Below are positions 39,236 through 50,157 of a stretch of 63,531 bases of DNA, piece by piece; positions within the stretch are counted from its first letter, which is position 1, and the number at the start of each line of letters is the position of its first letter. The position numbers and the translations under genes are program-made. Below the pieces are notes generated by a model. The model did not search any database. It was not told the DNA's origin and saw only the letters and a list, made by a program, of their open reading frames with translations. Origin of the DNA: an uncultured Alphaproteobacteria bacterium (GTDB taxonomy: Bacteria > Pseudomonadota > Alphaproteobacteria > RF32 > CAG-239); contig CAMOYJ010000001.1 of NCBI GenBank assembly GCA_946629975.1, forward strand, positions 1 to 63,531, given 5' to 3'.

Positions 39236-40104
39236 TGCAAAATTTTTCGCTTCATACGCATACCATCGGCTTTGATGGCAAGCACACCGAAGAGCAAATG
39301 CTAAAACAAGCAAAAGATTTAGGTTGGTCGAAAATCGGCTTTTCAAATCACTTTATTGTTTGTCCGTATATCAAAGAAACAAAAATGTATGAAGCAGCGC
39401 TTCAAAGAGGATATCAAAATATTTATTCGTCTTCTTTTGAAGAGGCAATTGAAAAGTTCAAACCGCATTATGAGCGCATTGATGAGCTGAAAGAAAAAAC
39501 AGGTTTCCCGATTTATAAAGGTATGGAAGTTGATTTTTTCAGAGACAATGAGTGGCGCGAAGGTTTTGAAAAAGCGTGTGCAGTTTTAAAGCCGGATTAT
39601 CTGATTGGTTCGGCGCATTTTGTGGCGGCAAACAAAACGCTTTATAATACACATGATTTGAAAAACGCTCCAAAAGAAGAACAAAATCTGTTGCTTCATA
39701 AATATTTTCAAAATGTTCGTGCGGCGGCAAAAAGCGGTTTGTTCAACTTTTTGGCACATCTGGATTTGATGAAAAAAGTTGGGCTTGGGCGCGAAGATAT
39801 GTGGCTTGAAGATGAGCTCAAAACGGTTGAAACAATTGCAAAAGCGGGTGCAAGGGCCGAAATCAACACAAGCGGTTTTAAGCTTGCCTACGGCGAGCCG
39901 TATCCGAGCAAACGGATAATGGGGTTGCTTGCAAAACACAAGGTGCCGGTGATTATCAGTGATGATGCACATAATTTTGAGCGTTTAGGCGACCATTTCG
40001 CGGAAGCGGAGCAAATGGCGCGAGATGCAGGAATCAAAAAGTTTTATGACCCGTTTCAACACTCAAATGAGATTACTTTTAAATCGGAGATTTCTTATGA
40101 TTAA
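39235..40104 (+). CDS. PHP-domain phosphoesterase (HisJ-type histidinol-phosphatase-like)
   Basis: N-terminal LHTHT..FDG motif and further His/Asp metal-ligand positions (SNH, GSAH, LAHLD, DDAH). Confidence 0.65.
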   Translation: MQNFSLHTHTIGFDGKHTEEQMLKQAKDLGWSKIGFSNHFIVCPYIKETKMYEAALQRGYQNIYSSSFEEAIEKFKPHYERIDELKEKTGFPIYKGMEVDFFRDNEWREGFEKACAVLKPDYLIGSAHFVAANKTLYNTHDLKNAPKEEQNLLLHKYFQNVRAAAKSGLFNFLAHLDLMKKVGLGREDMWLEDELKTVETIAKAGARAEINTSGFKLAYGEPYPSKRIMGLLAKHKVPVIISDDAHNFERLGDHFAEAEQMARDAGIKKFYDPFQHSNEITFKSEISYD

Positions 40105-40834
40105 AAAAATCTTGCCCACAATCATTTTTGTTTTTTTATTGCTTATCGGATTTACGGCATACAATTATTGGCGCGCATCAAAGCCCTTTGTTTATGCCGG
40201 TACACTTGAAACAACAAAGGTGATTGTTTCTTCAAAGGTTGCTTCTGACATCATCAATTTTCCGGTTGAAGAAGGAGATACCGTTGAAAAAGGTGATTTG
40301 CTTTTGGAAATGAGTTGCGATTCATATAAGGTTTTGTCACATCAAATAGATAATGATTATCAAAGAGCTGTAGCCTTGCTCCAAAAAGGACATATATCAC
40401 AAGCTCAATTTGATGTTTTGGAGAGAAACAAACAAGACAATGATTTGAAGCTTGAATGGTGCAAGGTCAACGCACCAATCAATGGTGTGATTATCACAAA
40501 GTTTAGAGAGGAAGGTGAAATTGTCGGACAAGGATCTTCTCTTGTTTCCATTGCCAATCCGTATGATATTTGGGCTTATTTTTATGTGCCACATGATGAA
40601 CTTTACCGTTTAAGAGTTGGTCAAAAAATTATCGGATATTTACCGGAAGCTCAAGGCAAAACCTTTGTCGGTAAAATTTTGAAAATTAATGAAGAAGCCG
40701 AGTTTACACCCAAAAATGTGCAAACAAGAGAGGAAAGGACACGCCTTGTATATGGTGTTAAGGTCAAATTTAACAATGAGGATTTGATGCTTAAGGCCGG
40801 AATGACAATTGAAAGTACCCTTTTTGATGAATAA
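40097..40834 (+). CDS. HlyD-family membrane fusion protein (YbhG-like)
   Basis: N-terminal TM helix, lipoyl motifs (GDLLLEM ... APINGVII), and a position ahead of ABC/ABC-2 genes. The ATG at 40097 overlaps the upstream stop. Confidence 0.75.
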   Translation: MIKKILPTIIFVFLLLIGFTAYNYWRASKPFVYAGTLETTKVIVSSKVASDIINFPVEEGDTVEKGDLLLEMSCDSYKVLSHQIDNDYQRAVALLQKGHISQAQFDVLERNKQDNDLKLEWCKVNAPINGVIITKFREEGEIVGQGSSLVSIANPYDIWAYFYVPHDELYRLRVGQKIIGYLPEAQGKTFVGKILKINEEAEFTPKNVQTREERTRLVYGVKVKFNNEDLMLKAGMTIESTLFDE

Positions 40835-41555
40835 AATCGGAATCAATATTTCAAACATCAAAAAAAAATTTAAGGACATTGAAGCATTAAAAGGTGTTTC
40901 AATGAATTTTCAAAACGGCAAGTTATATGGCATTATCGGGCCTGCCGGCGCAGGAAAAACAACTCTTTTTCGTTTGATGTTGAACTTAATGTCGAAGACA
41001 GACGGAAAAATAACATATCAAATTGATAACCGTGAAGTTTCTTTTCAAAATATCAAAGACAGCATTGCTTATATGCCTCAAACACAAAGCTTGTATGCTG
41101 ATTTATCCATCAAAGAACATTTGGAATTTTTTCGTGATTTATACGGCATCGAAAAAGAAATCTATGAAACAAAAAAGCGAGAACTGTTGGCGCTCACTCG
41201 TTTGGACGCATTTTTAGACAGACCGGCAGGAAAACTTTCAGGCGGGATGTATAAAAAATTGGGGTTAATGTGTGCCCTTTTGCGCTCGCCTAAAATTATA
41301 TTTTTGGACGAACCTACAAACGGTGTCGATCCGATTAGTCGTCGTGAATTTTGGGATATGTTGCACAGTGCTGTGGAAAGCGGCATTTTGGTTTTGATGA
41401 CCACGGCATACATGGACGAAGCTGAGCGTTGCGGTGAAGTCGTTTTAATGGAAAATGGTGTTGTTCTGGCTCAGGGAGAACCCACACAACTTTTGCATCA
41501 GCAAAATGTCAGCAACTTTGACGAATACTTTCTCAAAAGAGGAGGCATCAAATGA
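40827..41555 (+). CDS. ABC transporter ATP-binding protein
   Basis: Walker A GPAGAGKTT, signature LSGGMYKK, Walker B IIFLDEPT. Confidence 0.85.
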   Translation: MNKIGINISNIKKKFKDIEALKGVSMNFQNGKLYGIIGPAGAGKTTLFRLMLNLMSKTDGKITYQIDNREVSFQNIKDSIAYMPQTQSLYADLSIKEHLEFFRDLYGIEKEIYETKKRELLALTRLDAFLDRPAGKLSGGMYKKLGLMCALLRSPKIIFLDEPTNGVDPISRREFWDMLHSAVESGILVLMTTAYMDEAERCGEVVLMENGVVLAQGEPTQLLHQQNVSNFDEYFLKRGGIK

Positions 41556-42454
41556 GCAATGTTGTTGAAGTTAAAAATCTTTGCGTCAAGTTTGGTGATT
41601 TTTATGCCGTTAAAAATGTTTCATTTGATGTAGATAAAGGGGAAATATTCGGTTTTTTAGGGGCAAACGGCGCAGGCAAAACAACGACCATCCGTGTTTT
41701 GTGCGGACTTCTCAGACCAACTGATGGAGATGTTGTGGTTGACGGCATACCCTTGCAAAAAGGAAAAGAAAATTTAATTAAACAAAAAGTCGGTTATATG
41801 TCGCAACGCTTTACCCTTTATGACGGCATCACAATCAAAGAAAATATGGATTTTGCAGCATCTTTGCACCACCTTGAAAAACAAACTTATGAAGCACAAC
41901 GCGAAAAACTGCTTCATTTTATAGATTTTAAAGAAGATTTATCAACCATCGTCAAAGACTTACCGGGGGGAGTCAAACAAGAAATTGCGCTTTGTGTTTC
42001 GCTTTTGCACAATCCCACAGTTGTGTTTTTGGACGAGCCGACAGCCGGCGTTGCTCCCAGTGCCAGATTTCGTTTTTGGCAGCTGATTAGAGAATTGGCA
42101 GCACAAGGGAAAACCGTGTTCGTAACAACACACTATATGGACGAAGCTGAAAATTGCGGACGAATCGCATTGATGCGTGCGGGAGAATTGATTGCTCTCG
42201 ATTCACCCAAAAATTTAAAATCAAAGAGTTTCAAAAAAACAATTTATCTTTTGACTCCAAAAACACATACACCGAATTTACCGGATCCTTCTTTGTTCGA
42301 AATTTTTGAACCTTATGGCCAACACTATCATGCCGTCATTAAATCGGATGAAAAAAATGTTTTAAAACAACTGCAGAAAGATTTTGATATTTCACCGATA
42401 GAACCGTCACTTGAAGATGTGTTTATGCGCATTGTGGAGGGGAAAAACAGATGA
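41552..42454 (+). CDS. ABC transporter ATP-binding protein
   Basis: Walker A GANGAGKTT, signature-like LPGGVKQE, Walker B VVFLDEPT. Confidence 0.85.
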   Translation: MSNVVEVKNLCVKFGDFYAVKNVSFDVDKGEIFGFLGANGAGKTTTIRVLCGLLRPTDGDVVVDGIPLQKGKENLIKQKVGYMSQRFTLYDGITIKENMDFAASLHHLEKQTYEAQREKLLHFIDFKEDLSTIVKDLPGGVKQEIALCVSLLHNPTVVFLDEPTAGVAPSARFRFWQLIRELAAQGKTVFVTTHYMDEAENCGRIALMRAGELIALDSPKNLKSKSFKKTIYLLTPKTHTPNLPDPSLFEIFEPYGQHYHAVIKSDEKNVLKQLQKDFDISPIEPSLEDVFMRIVEGKNR

Positions 42455-43572
42455 ACCATTTTTCAATATTGAGAGCAAGAGCCGTTTGTCAAAAAGAATT
42501 TATGCATATCTTTCGTGACCCTTTCACATTGATGGTTGCCCTGTTGCTGCCGCTTATGATTGTGCTGATTTTAGGTTATTGTATCGAATTTAATGTCAAG
42601 CATATCAATTTGGCATACATGGATCATGACAAAACGCAAAGTTCTCGTAAATTGATTGAAACCTTTGGTTCTTCCAACTATTTCAAGCCTTACGAAATTA
42701 ACACACCCACACAGGGAATGAACGATTTGACGGCTGAAAAGGCCAAAATGGTGCTTATCATTTTACCAAATTTTGAAAAAGAAATTATGGCTGACCGCAC
42801 GGGACGCGTCCAAATTATCTTAGATGGGGCGGACAATTCTTCTGTTGCCTCAATTATGAACTATTTAAACACAATCAATGTTAATGCCATATATAAAATT
42901 CGAGACGTTGATGTTTCGCAAGACCAGCTTTTAAAATTTAAGACACGTTACTTATTTAATCCGGAACTAAGTTCCCAATGGTTTTCTGTTCCGGGTATTA
43001 CTGCCATTATTATTGCCTTGGTATCAATCATGCTGACAACATTAACAGTCTGTCGTGAGTGGGAACAGGGTTCAATGGAGATGCTGCTTGTCACACCGAT
43101 AAGGTCATCTGAAATTATTGCCGGGAAACTGCTGCCTTATGCATTGTTGAGTTTGATCGGATTTTTAATTGTATTTGTGATTGCAAGGGTTGTTTTCAAA
43201 GTCCCGTTTGTCGGAAACTTTTTTGTTTTATCTCTTGGTACAATGTTGTTTATTTTGGGATATTTGGCCTTAGGGCTTCTTATTTCAATTATTTCGCATG
43301 AGCAACAAGTTGCCGTTCAATATGCTGCCCTTATCGGTCTGATGCCGACATCACTTTTTTCGGGAGTGTTTTTCCCTGTGCAATATATGGCACCTGTTTT
43401 TCAATATATTGCCTCCATCTTTCCCGCACGGTTTTATGTGGAAATTGTGCGTGATCAATTCTTAAAAGGCAGCTCATTTATCAACTTATGGCCCTTGTTT
43501 GCCATATTGTTTTTGCAATTTTTCGTTCTGTCTTGTTTATGTGTTATTAAATTTAAGAGGACTTTAGAATGA
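42451..43572 (+). CDS. ABC-2 type transporter permease (YbhS-like)
   Basis: N-terminal TM helix, large periplasmic loop and five C-terminal TM helices. Translationally coupled to neighbours. Confidence 0.8.
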   Translation: MNHFSILRARAVCQKEFMHIFRDPFTLMVALLLPLMIVLILGYCIEFNVKHINLAYMDHDKTQSSRKLIETFGSSNYFKPYEINTPTQGMNDLTAEKAKMVLIILPNFEKEIMADRTGRVQIILDGADNSSVASIMNYLNTINVNAIYKIRDVDVSQDQLLKFKTRYLFNPELSSQWFSVPGITAIIIALVSIMLTTLTVCREWEQGSMEMLLVTPIRSSEIIAGKLLPYALLSLIGFLIVFVIARVVFKVPFVGNFFVLSLGTMLFILGYLALGLLISIISHEQQVAVQYAALIGLMPTSLFSGVFFPVQYMAPVFQYIASIFPARFYVEIVRDQFLKGSSFINLWPLFAILFLQFFVLSCLCVIKFKRTLE

Positions 43573-44666
43573 ACACCTTGAAAGGTTTTGTAAAAAAAGA
43601 ATTGCTTGCTTTGCTGAGAGATCCGACTCTTTTGGTTGCAATTTTGATTTTACCGATTATTCAAATATTGATTATCGGTGAAGCAATCACCATGGAGGCA
43701 AAAAACATTAAATTGATTGTTGACAGCGAGCCAAACGATTTTGTTATGGAAAGAATTTATGATCATGCTCTGGCATCCGGTTGGTTTATCAAAACAAAAC
43801 CTGTCCAAAAAAGTGCTATAGAAGCCGTATCACAAGGTTTGGCTGATGTTGCTATTGTCGCCCCCGAAGGTGGGCTTTTGCGCTCAATGGCACGAAATGA
43901 GGGAAGCATTCAAATATTGATTAACGCAACAAATGTTATTCAGGCTCAAAGTGTTGACGCTTATTTAAGGGGCATTATTACATCGGTTTTACAAGACGAA
44001 AAATTCGGTGCCAAAACCAATTTACCCATTGAATTTACAACGCGCTTAATGTTTAATCCGGAACTGAGCACACAATGGTTTTTTGTGCCGGCCATGATTG
44101 TTATACAAGTTTTTATGACCATCTTGTTGCTCACAACAGTTTCCATGACAAGAGAAAAAGAAAACGGCACAATAGAAACGCTGATTTCTGCGCCGATTTC
44201 AAAATATGACATTATTTTTGGAAAGACAATTCCTGCGGTTATTATGGCTTTTTTTAACATGATATTGGTTTTAATGGCCGGTATGATGTTGTTTGAATTG
44301 CCCTTTGTGGGTTCTTTCTTTATGTTTGTTATGGCGTTCTTGATGTTTTGTGTGCCTGCCTGCGCCATCGGTATTTGGCTTTCAACATACACAAACACTC
44401 AACAACAAGCCATGCTTGGTATGATGATGGTGGCCTTTTTGGCTATGATGCTTTCGGGAACAATTTTTCCGAGTGAAAATATGCCGGATGTGTTGCAATG
44501 GGTAAGCTATATTAACCCTCTGACACACTACACATACATGATTCGAAACATCATATTGAAAGGGGCCGGCTGGGGATATTTTGCGGAACATTCTTGTGTT
44601 TTGCTTTTAACCGGTATTGTTATGGCTTTTTTTGCCGTCAGAAAATTTAAGACAAATCTGATTTAG
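43569..44666 (+). CDS. ABC-2 type transporter permease (YbhR-like)
   Basis: Same architecture as the previous gene, and paralogous to it. Confidence 0.8.
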   Translation: MNTLKGFVKKELLALLRDPTLLVAILILPIIQILIIGEAITMEAKNIKLIVDSEPNDFVMERIYDHALASGWFIKTKPVQKSAIEAVSQGLADVAIVAPEGGLLRSMARNEGSIQILINATNVIQAQSVDAYLRGIITSVLQDEKFGAKTNLPIEFTTRLMFNPELSTQWFFVPAMIVIQVFMTILLLTTVSMTREKENGTIETLISAPISKYDIIFGKTIPAVIMAFFNMILVLMAGMMLFELPFVGSFFMFVMAFLMFCVPACAIGIWLSTYTNTQQQAMLGMMMVAFLAMMLSGTIFPSENMPDVLQWVSYINPLTHYTYMIRNIILKGAGWGYFAEHSCVLLLTGIVMAFFAVRKFKTNLI

Positions 44667-44721
44667 ATATAAACAAACAACTTTTGATAAAAAATCTCTC
44701 CAAAGCCTTGATAATGCTTGC

Positions 44722-45351
44722 TTGAACTCGACTTATCCGATACATGAAAAATCAAAAGAAAGGGATTTATTCAAAGCAGATAATGACAATAATTTGGAAG
44801 ATGAAGAAGATGGTAAAGAGGCAAATCAAAATCCATATATTTTTTCTGAAGAAATGCGTAATCTTTTAGGAGAAATAGAATCCGGAAACAACTATTCAAA
44901 GGTAAATTCTGAAGGCGGTGGATTTGGAGCTTTGGGAAAATATCAGATTCGTCGAGATGGATTTAAGGATATGGGTTATATTGATCGAAATAATCAGTGG
45001 ATTGGAAAAAATAATATTTATTCCAGTCAAGATTATTTGAACAATGAGCAAGCACAGGAAAAAGCTTTAGATGATTTTATGCAAGTCAAATATAATCAGC
45101 TCAAAAATAACGGCTCGCATCAATACAAAAATTATCCTATTAAAGGAATAGCTGATAATTTTGATATCACGGACACGGGTTTGCTTGCAGCCAGCCATCG
45201 TGAAGGGGCAGGTGCTGTTCATAATTATTTATCGCATCTTGAAAAAGATCAAAGTGGTCGTTACTATATCGACTATGATAAAATACAAGATCCGAGAATA
45301 CGTGAAATGTTTAAGCGAATTGAAACAAGGTTGCGTCGGTTTGCTAAATAA
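44722..45351 (+). CDS. Lysozyme-like / lytic-transglycosylase-like domain protein (tentative)
   Basis: GEIESGNNYSKVNSEGGGFGALGKYQI resembles the catalytic E-S ... G-x-x-Q motif of goose-type/SLT-fold muramidases. TTG start, and no signal peptide visible. Confidence 0.35.
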   Translation: MNSTYPIHEKSKERDLFKADNDNNLEDEEDGKEANQNPYIFSEEMRNLLGEIESGNNYSKVNSEGGGFGALGKYQIRRDGFKDMGYIDRNNQWIGKNNIYSSQDYLNNEQAQEKALDDFMQVKYNQLKNNGSHQYKNYPIKGIADNFDITDTGLLAASHREGAGAVHNYLSHLEKDQSGRYYIDYDKIQDPRIREMFKRIETRLRRFAK

Positions 45352-45958
45352 ATTTTCTATATTATTTGTATTTCTATCTTGCGGTAAAGTGTATGCCTTG
45401 CCGCAAGATTGGTCATGTAATACCTTTACCTTGCATGAAAAAGATGTTTTAAGCAGAAGCGCCAATGAATTGCATAATTTATATCAAGGTGAATATGGTG
45501 AGTATATTGTTGAAGTAGAGGCTTATTGGCAACTTAACTCTTTAAGCGACGACGCAGATTGTGGCACTTCAGGTTGCACTGGTCGTATGATAGATATGAA
45601 AAATAATCAGGCAGAAGATTTGCGCTTTTTTTGCACAAAAGTTAACTCTGAAAATTTTAATCAAGCACAATGTTTTATCCATAATAGTGAAGAATACCTT
45701 TTAACCGCTGAACAGAATCATGAATATCGTGTTAAGTTATGCGGAACATATGACAAGTATGTCGATTTAAAAAAGTGCGATAAATGTTTTTGCTTGATAC
45801 AAGATTCTCGGGGTGAGCAATATGTTGATAAGATGGGGTGCACACTTCAATCTGATGGACGTTTGCATTGTATGACTGGAAATATTTATTTTGAAAAATA
45901 TCGCCCGAATGCAACAGCAACAGATTATGAAAAGTGCATTGGCTTAGAAATAAAATGA
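45341..45958 (+). CDS. Cys-rich secreted (lipo)protein, hypothetical
   Basis: A TTG at 45341 gives MLNKFSILFVFLS|CGK (signal plus lipobox). About 14 Cys in the mature part. The start is uncertain (alternative ATG at 45275). Confidence 0.4.
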   Translation: MLNKFSILFVFLSCGKVYALPQDWSCNTFTLHEKDVLSRSANELHNLYQGEYGEYIVEVEAYWQLNSLSDDADCGTSGCTGRMIDMKNNQAEDLRFFCTKVNSENFNQAQCFIHNSEEYLLTAEQNHEYRVKLCGTYDKYVDLKKCDKCFCLIQDSRGEQYVDKMGCTLQSDGRLHCMTGNIYFEKYRPNATATDYEKCIGLEIK

Positions 45959-46008
45959 TATAAAAAAAGAGCCGCATCAAAGCGGCCCCTTTGGGGAGAA
46001 AAGAAAGG

Positions 46009-47127
46009 TTATTTCTTTTTTTGATAAATCGGGAAAACCTCAACACCGTTGTATTCCGTTCCTTTCACATCTTGTGAAACGGAAGGATTGTAGACCGACA
46101 TATTTGTTGTTTCTGTCTTTGTCGGTTTGATGTTTTTGGTGTTGACGGCTTTTTGATTTTTAATATTTTTAATCGCCTTTGGCATAATCACACCCTTTGA
46201 ACGTTCAATCTGTTCGCCGGTTTCAGTGATGATGGTGAAGTTTTCGGCTTGCGGTTCCGGACAAATGATTTTGCCGACAGCTTCTTCTTCATAGCAGGGC
46301 CATTCTTCATAGCAAGGCATCGGTTCAAGCGCTGTTGAATAGCATTCATAACCCTCAAAAGGCGTTGTTTCATATTGTTGTTGAACTTGCACTTGAGGTT
46401 CGGGCTCTGCAGGTTTTTCTTTCAAAATCAAATCAGCGCTCAAGGGATAAGCATCATTTTTGAGCTTAAACATCATATAGCCTGATCTGCCGCCATAAGC
46501 GGGGCCTGACAAACCGATGGAGTAATATCCGCCGATAAATCCATAATCCAAATCAATGTAGTCTATGGCAAAAAGCGTTTTGATGGTGGTGTTGCCGATG
46601 GTTGTCATTTTGCACATATAACCGTTGTCTTCTAAAACAATGTTTTGTGTGTTTTTCACATAAACCAAAGACTTAGCCGGCTTGCAAGTCGGGGTTTGAC
46701 CGTTGTAAGAAACGCCGTAATTTAAGAGCAAATCAATTGATCTGCGGTTTAAGGCAACGGAAACATCTGTGAGCTCAACATCATTCAAATACATATTTGC
46801 AGGGGTCACCCCAACGGTAATCGGCAATGTTAAATAGTCTTCCGTGCAAACGTGTGTGAACGGATCTGCCTGACAGATGAGCGCTTTTTCGTGAGCATTT
46901 TGCTCTAAAAGGTGCATCAAAGAATTATAAATATATTCTTTCGACATCGAAAGTTTTGCCGGTGCGCATTGTTTTGCGCGGCAAACAACCACCGAAACAG
47001 GCATGTTGATTTGTGGTTGCCACTCTTGCGCACGAATAGATGTATCTGCCTTTTGAGGTGTGTGGCATCCGCTCAAAGCAAGCACGGTGCCAAACATGGC
47101 AAATGTTTTCAAAGCATATTTAATCAC
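46009..47127 (-). CDS. Lipoprotein, hypothetical
   Basis: Lipobox LALSG|C. 372 aa. No family recognised. Confidence 0.6.
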   Translation of the reverse strand: MIKYALKTFAMFGTVLALSGCHTPQKADTSIRAQEWQPQINMPVSVVVCRAKQCAPAKLSMSKEYIYNSLMHLLEQNAHEKALICQADPFTHVCTEDYLTLPITVGVTPANMYLNDVELTDVSVALNRRSIDLLLNYGVSYNGQTPTCKPAKSLVYVKNTQNIVLEDNGYMCKMTTIGNTTIKTLFAIDYIDLDYGFIGGYYSIGLSGPAYGGRSGYMMFKLKNDAYPLSADLILKEKPAEPEPQVQVQQQYETTPFEGYECYSTALEPMPCYEEWPCYEEEAVGKIICPEPQAENFTIITETGEQIERSKGVIMPKAIKNIKNQKAVNTKNIKPTKTETTNMSVYNPSVSQDVKGTEYNGVEVFPIYQKKK

Positions 47128-47240
47128 GGTTTTTCCCCATAAATTATATCAAATATAGCATAATATAAATCAATAATATGAACGAATCGTAAATAAATTA
47201 AAGCTTGCATAAAAAAAGTTTTTTTATATAATCAACCTTT

Positions 47241-47741
47241 ATGAAGAAGTTGATTTGTTTGATTATTGCCCTTATTTTGCTTGAGCTGACTCATGAAACG
47301 ATTGCCGGCTCAAATGTTAAGGTTGTTGATGGTGACAGCTTAGAAATCGGAGCCAAAAGAATCCGCCTTATCGGCATTGATGCGCCGGAATATTTTCAAG
47401 AATGTTTTGATGAAAACGGAAAGTCGTATCAGTGTGGACAGCTCGCCAAAACCTATTTGGAAGAAATGATTGAAAAGCAATCTGCAATGGGTAAAAAGGT
47501 GAAATGTGTTGCCGAAGATGTTGATCGCTACAAGCGCGATTTGAGTGTGTGCTATGCAGGTGATGTGAACTTAAATCTTGAAATGGTGAAAAAAGGGCTT
47601 GCCGTTGCCTACAAACACGAGCGTTATGAACTTGCGCAAAAACGCGCCAAAGAGCGAAAAATCGGCATCTGGCAGGGAAAATTTATGCGTCCGGAGCTAT
47701 ATCGCGCCTTGCATCGCAGGGATGAAAAGCAAAAAAATTAA
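47241..47741 (+). CDS. Thermonuclease (staphylococcal nuclease, SNase) family protein
   Basis: Signal peptide, then VVDGDSLEIG...IRLIGIDAPE ... VDRYKRDL ... MVKKGLAVAY motifs. Confidence 0.8.
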   Translation: MKKLICLIIALILLELTHETIAGSNVKVVDGDSLEIGAKRIRLIGIDAPEYFQECFDENGKSYQCGQLAKTYLEEMIEKQSAMGKKVKCVAEDVDRYKRDLSVCYAGDVNLNLEMVKKGLAVAYKHERYELAQKRAKERKIGIWQGKFMRPELYRALHRRDEKQKN

Positions 47742-47759
47742 TAAAATATATATTTTCTC

Positions 47760-47787
47760 TTGACAGATAAAAAAACTTGGGTATATT
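47760..47787 (+). promoter_or_regulatory. Sigma70-type promoter candidate for rplU-rpmA
   Basis: TTGACA, 16-nt spacer, TATATT. Confidence 0.45.
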
Positions 47788-47832
47788 GCAACACACGATT
47801 TAATTTAAATTTTTTAATTTAGGTGAAAGAAA

Positions 47833-48147
47833 ATGTTCGCAGTTATTAAAACGGGCGGAAAACAATATAAGGTCACAACAGGTGATGTTGTTAAGGTTGA
47901 AAAGCTTGCAGCGGCCGAAGGCGCTGAAGTTGTTTTCGACCAAGTTTTAGCCCTTGATGAAAAAATCGGCAAACCTTTTGTAAAAGGTGCCAGCGTTAAG
48001 GCAACTGTTTTGAAACAAGCCAAAGACGCAAAAGTGATTATCTTCAAAAAGAAGAGAAGACAAAACTATCGTCGTAAAAACGGCCACAGACAACAAATCA
48101 CACTCGTGAAGATTTTGGATGTTTGTGCAAAAGAAAAAGAAGCATAA
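47833..48147 (+). CDS. rplU: 50S ribosomal protein L21
   Basis: [14 protein letters not shown] signature. Confidence 0.95.
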   Translation: MFAVIKTGGKQYKVTTGDVVKVEKLAAAEGAEVVFDQVLALDEKIGKPFVKGASVKATVLKQAKDAKVIIFKKKRRQNYRRKNGHRQQITLVKILDVCAKEKEA

Positions 48148-48159
48148 AGGAGAAACACG

Positions 48160-48411
48160 ATGGCACATAAGAAATCAGGTGGTAGCTCTAACAACGGGCG
48201 CGATTCTATCGGGCGTCGTTTGGGTGTGAAAAAATTCGGCGGTGAAGCCGTTATTCCCGGCAACATCATTATCCGCCAACGCGGAACAAAGTATCATCCG
48301 GGTGCAAATGTTGATATGGGCAAAGACCATACAATTTTTGCTGTGGCTGAAGGTAAAGTCGAGTTCAAAGAGCAAGGCGATAAAATGTTCGTCTCTGTTG
48401 TGACAGAGTAG
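48160..48411 (+). CDS. rpmA: 50S ribosomal protein L27
   Basis: [16 protein letters not shown]...GVKKFGGE...IIRQRGTK signature. Confidence 0.95.
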   Translation: MAHKKSGGSSNNGRDSIGRRLGVKKFGGEAVIPGNIIIRQRGTKYHPGANVDMGKDHTIFAVAEGKVEFKEQGDKMFVSVVTE

Positions 48412-48440
48412 TTATGCCTTTGTAGAAAAACAATAAATGT

Positions 48441-48469
48441 GGGGTAAAATCTTTACCCCCTTTATTTTT
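48441..48469 (+). terminator. Rho-independent terminator
   Basis: ggggtaaa-atc-tttacccc hairpin plus a T-rich tail. Confidence 0.7.
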
Positions 48470-48486
48470 CTGATGTTTTGAATTAA

Positions 48487-49554
<1,068 letters not shown>

Positions 49555-49569
49555 AAAAAGGAAAGATAA

Positions 49570-49905
49570 ATGGAAAAAAATGAAATTTTAGAAATTGTTC
49601 AAAAAGTTTTGGATGACAACAAGGCAGAAGATGTTGTTGTGATTGATTTGGAAGGAAAAACATCTATCGCAAACCAAATGGTTGTGGCTTCAGGCACATC
49701 AAATCGCCATGTGGCCTCTATGGCAGATAAATTGATGGAAGCTCTGAAAAAGGCAGGTTTTAAGGCAACGATTGAAGGTGAAGACAAAGCTGATTGGGTT
49801 TTGATAGATGCTTTCGATGTGATTGTGCACATCTTCCGCCCGGAAGTCCGCGAGTTTTATAATTTGGAAAAAATGTGGCAAGCCATCGCCGAAAAAAGAA
49901 AATAA
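49570..49905 (+). CDS. rsfS: Ribosome silencing factor RsfS (Iojap family)
   Basis: ...DLEGKTSIANQMVVASGTSNRHV...DWVLIDAFDVIVHIF..E.REFYNLEKMW signature. Confidence 0.9.
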   Translation: MEKNEILEIVQKVLDDNKAEDVVVIDLEGKTSIANQMVVASGTSNRHVASMADKLMEALKKAGFKATIEGEDKADWVLIDAFDVIVHIFRPEVREFYNLEKMWQAIAEKRK

Positions 49906-49926
49906 ATAAGTTTTTACTTGATTGTC

Positions 49927-49964
49927 TCAGGTTTTCTTTTCAAAAAGAGAACCTGATTTTTTTT
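49927..49964 (+). terminator. Rho-independent terminator
   Basis: tcaggttttc/gagaacctga hairpin plus T8. Confidence 0.75.
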
Positions 49965-49966
49965 GC

Positions 49967-50157
49967 TTTACAAAATCGAAAATATTATGCATAATTAAAA
50001 ATGTAGCCGAGTTGGCTATGGTGTTCCTAAAACATCTTTTAGCACATCACTCCTTAAAAGGGAGTTGTTGAAATAAGGCATTTGCACGAATAAGACAAAC
50101 TGTGTGCTAACAGTTTTTAGGGCTCCCACTTTGGATTTCTTTCAAGGTGGTTTTTTT
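49967..50157 (+). promoter_or_regulatory. Promoter + structured leader + intrinsic terminator (leader family member B)
   Basis: TTTACA-17-CATAAT promoter. Hairpin tagcc-gagtt-ggcta. Nested helices 50026-33/50113-21 and 50039-46/50103-10. Hairpin 50049-53/50061-65. Terminator 50126-50157 (8 bp plus T7) lies 30 nt before the LRR gene start. Confidence 0.55.
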
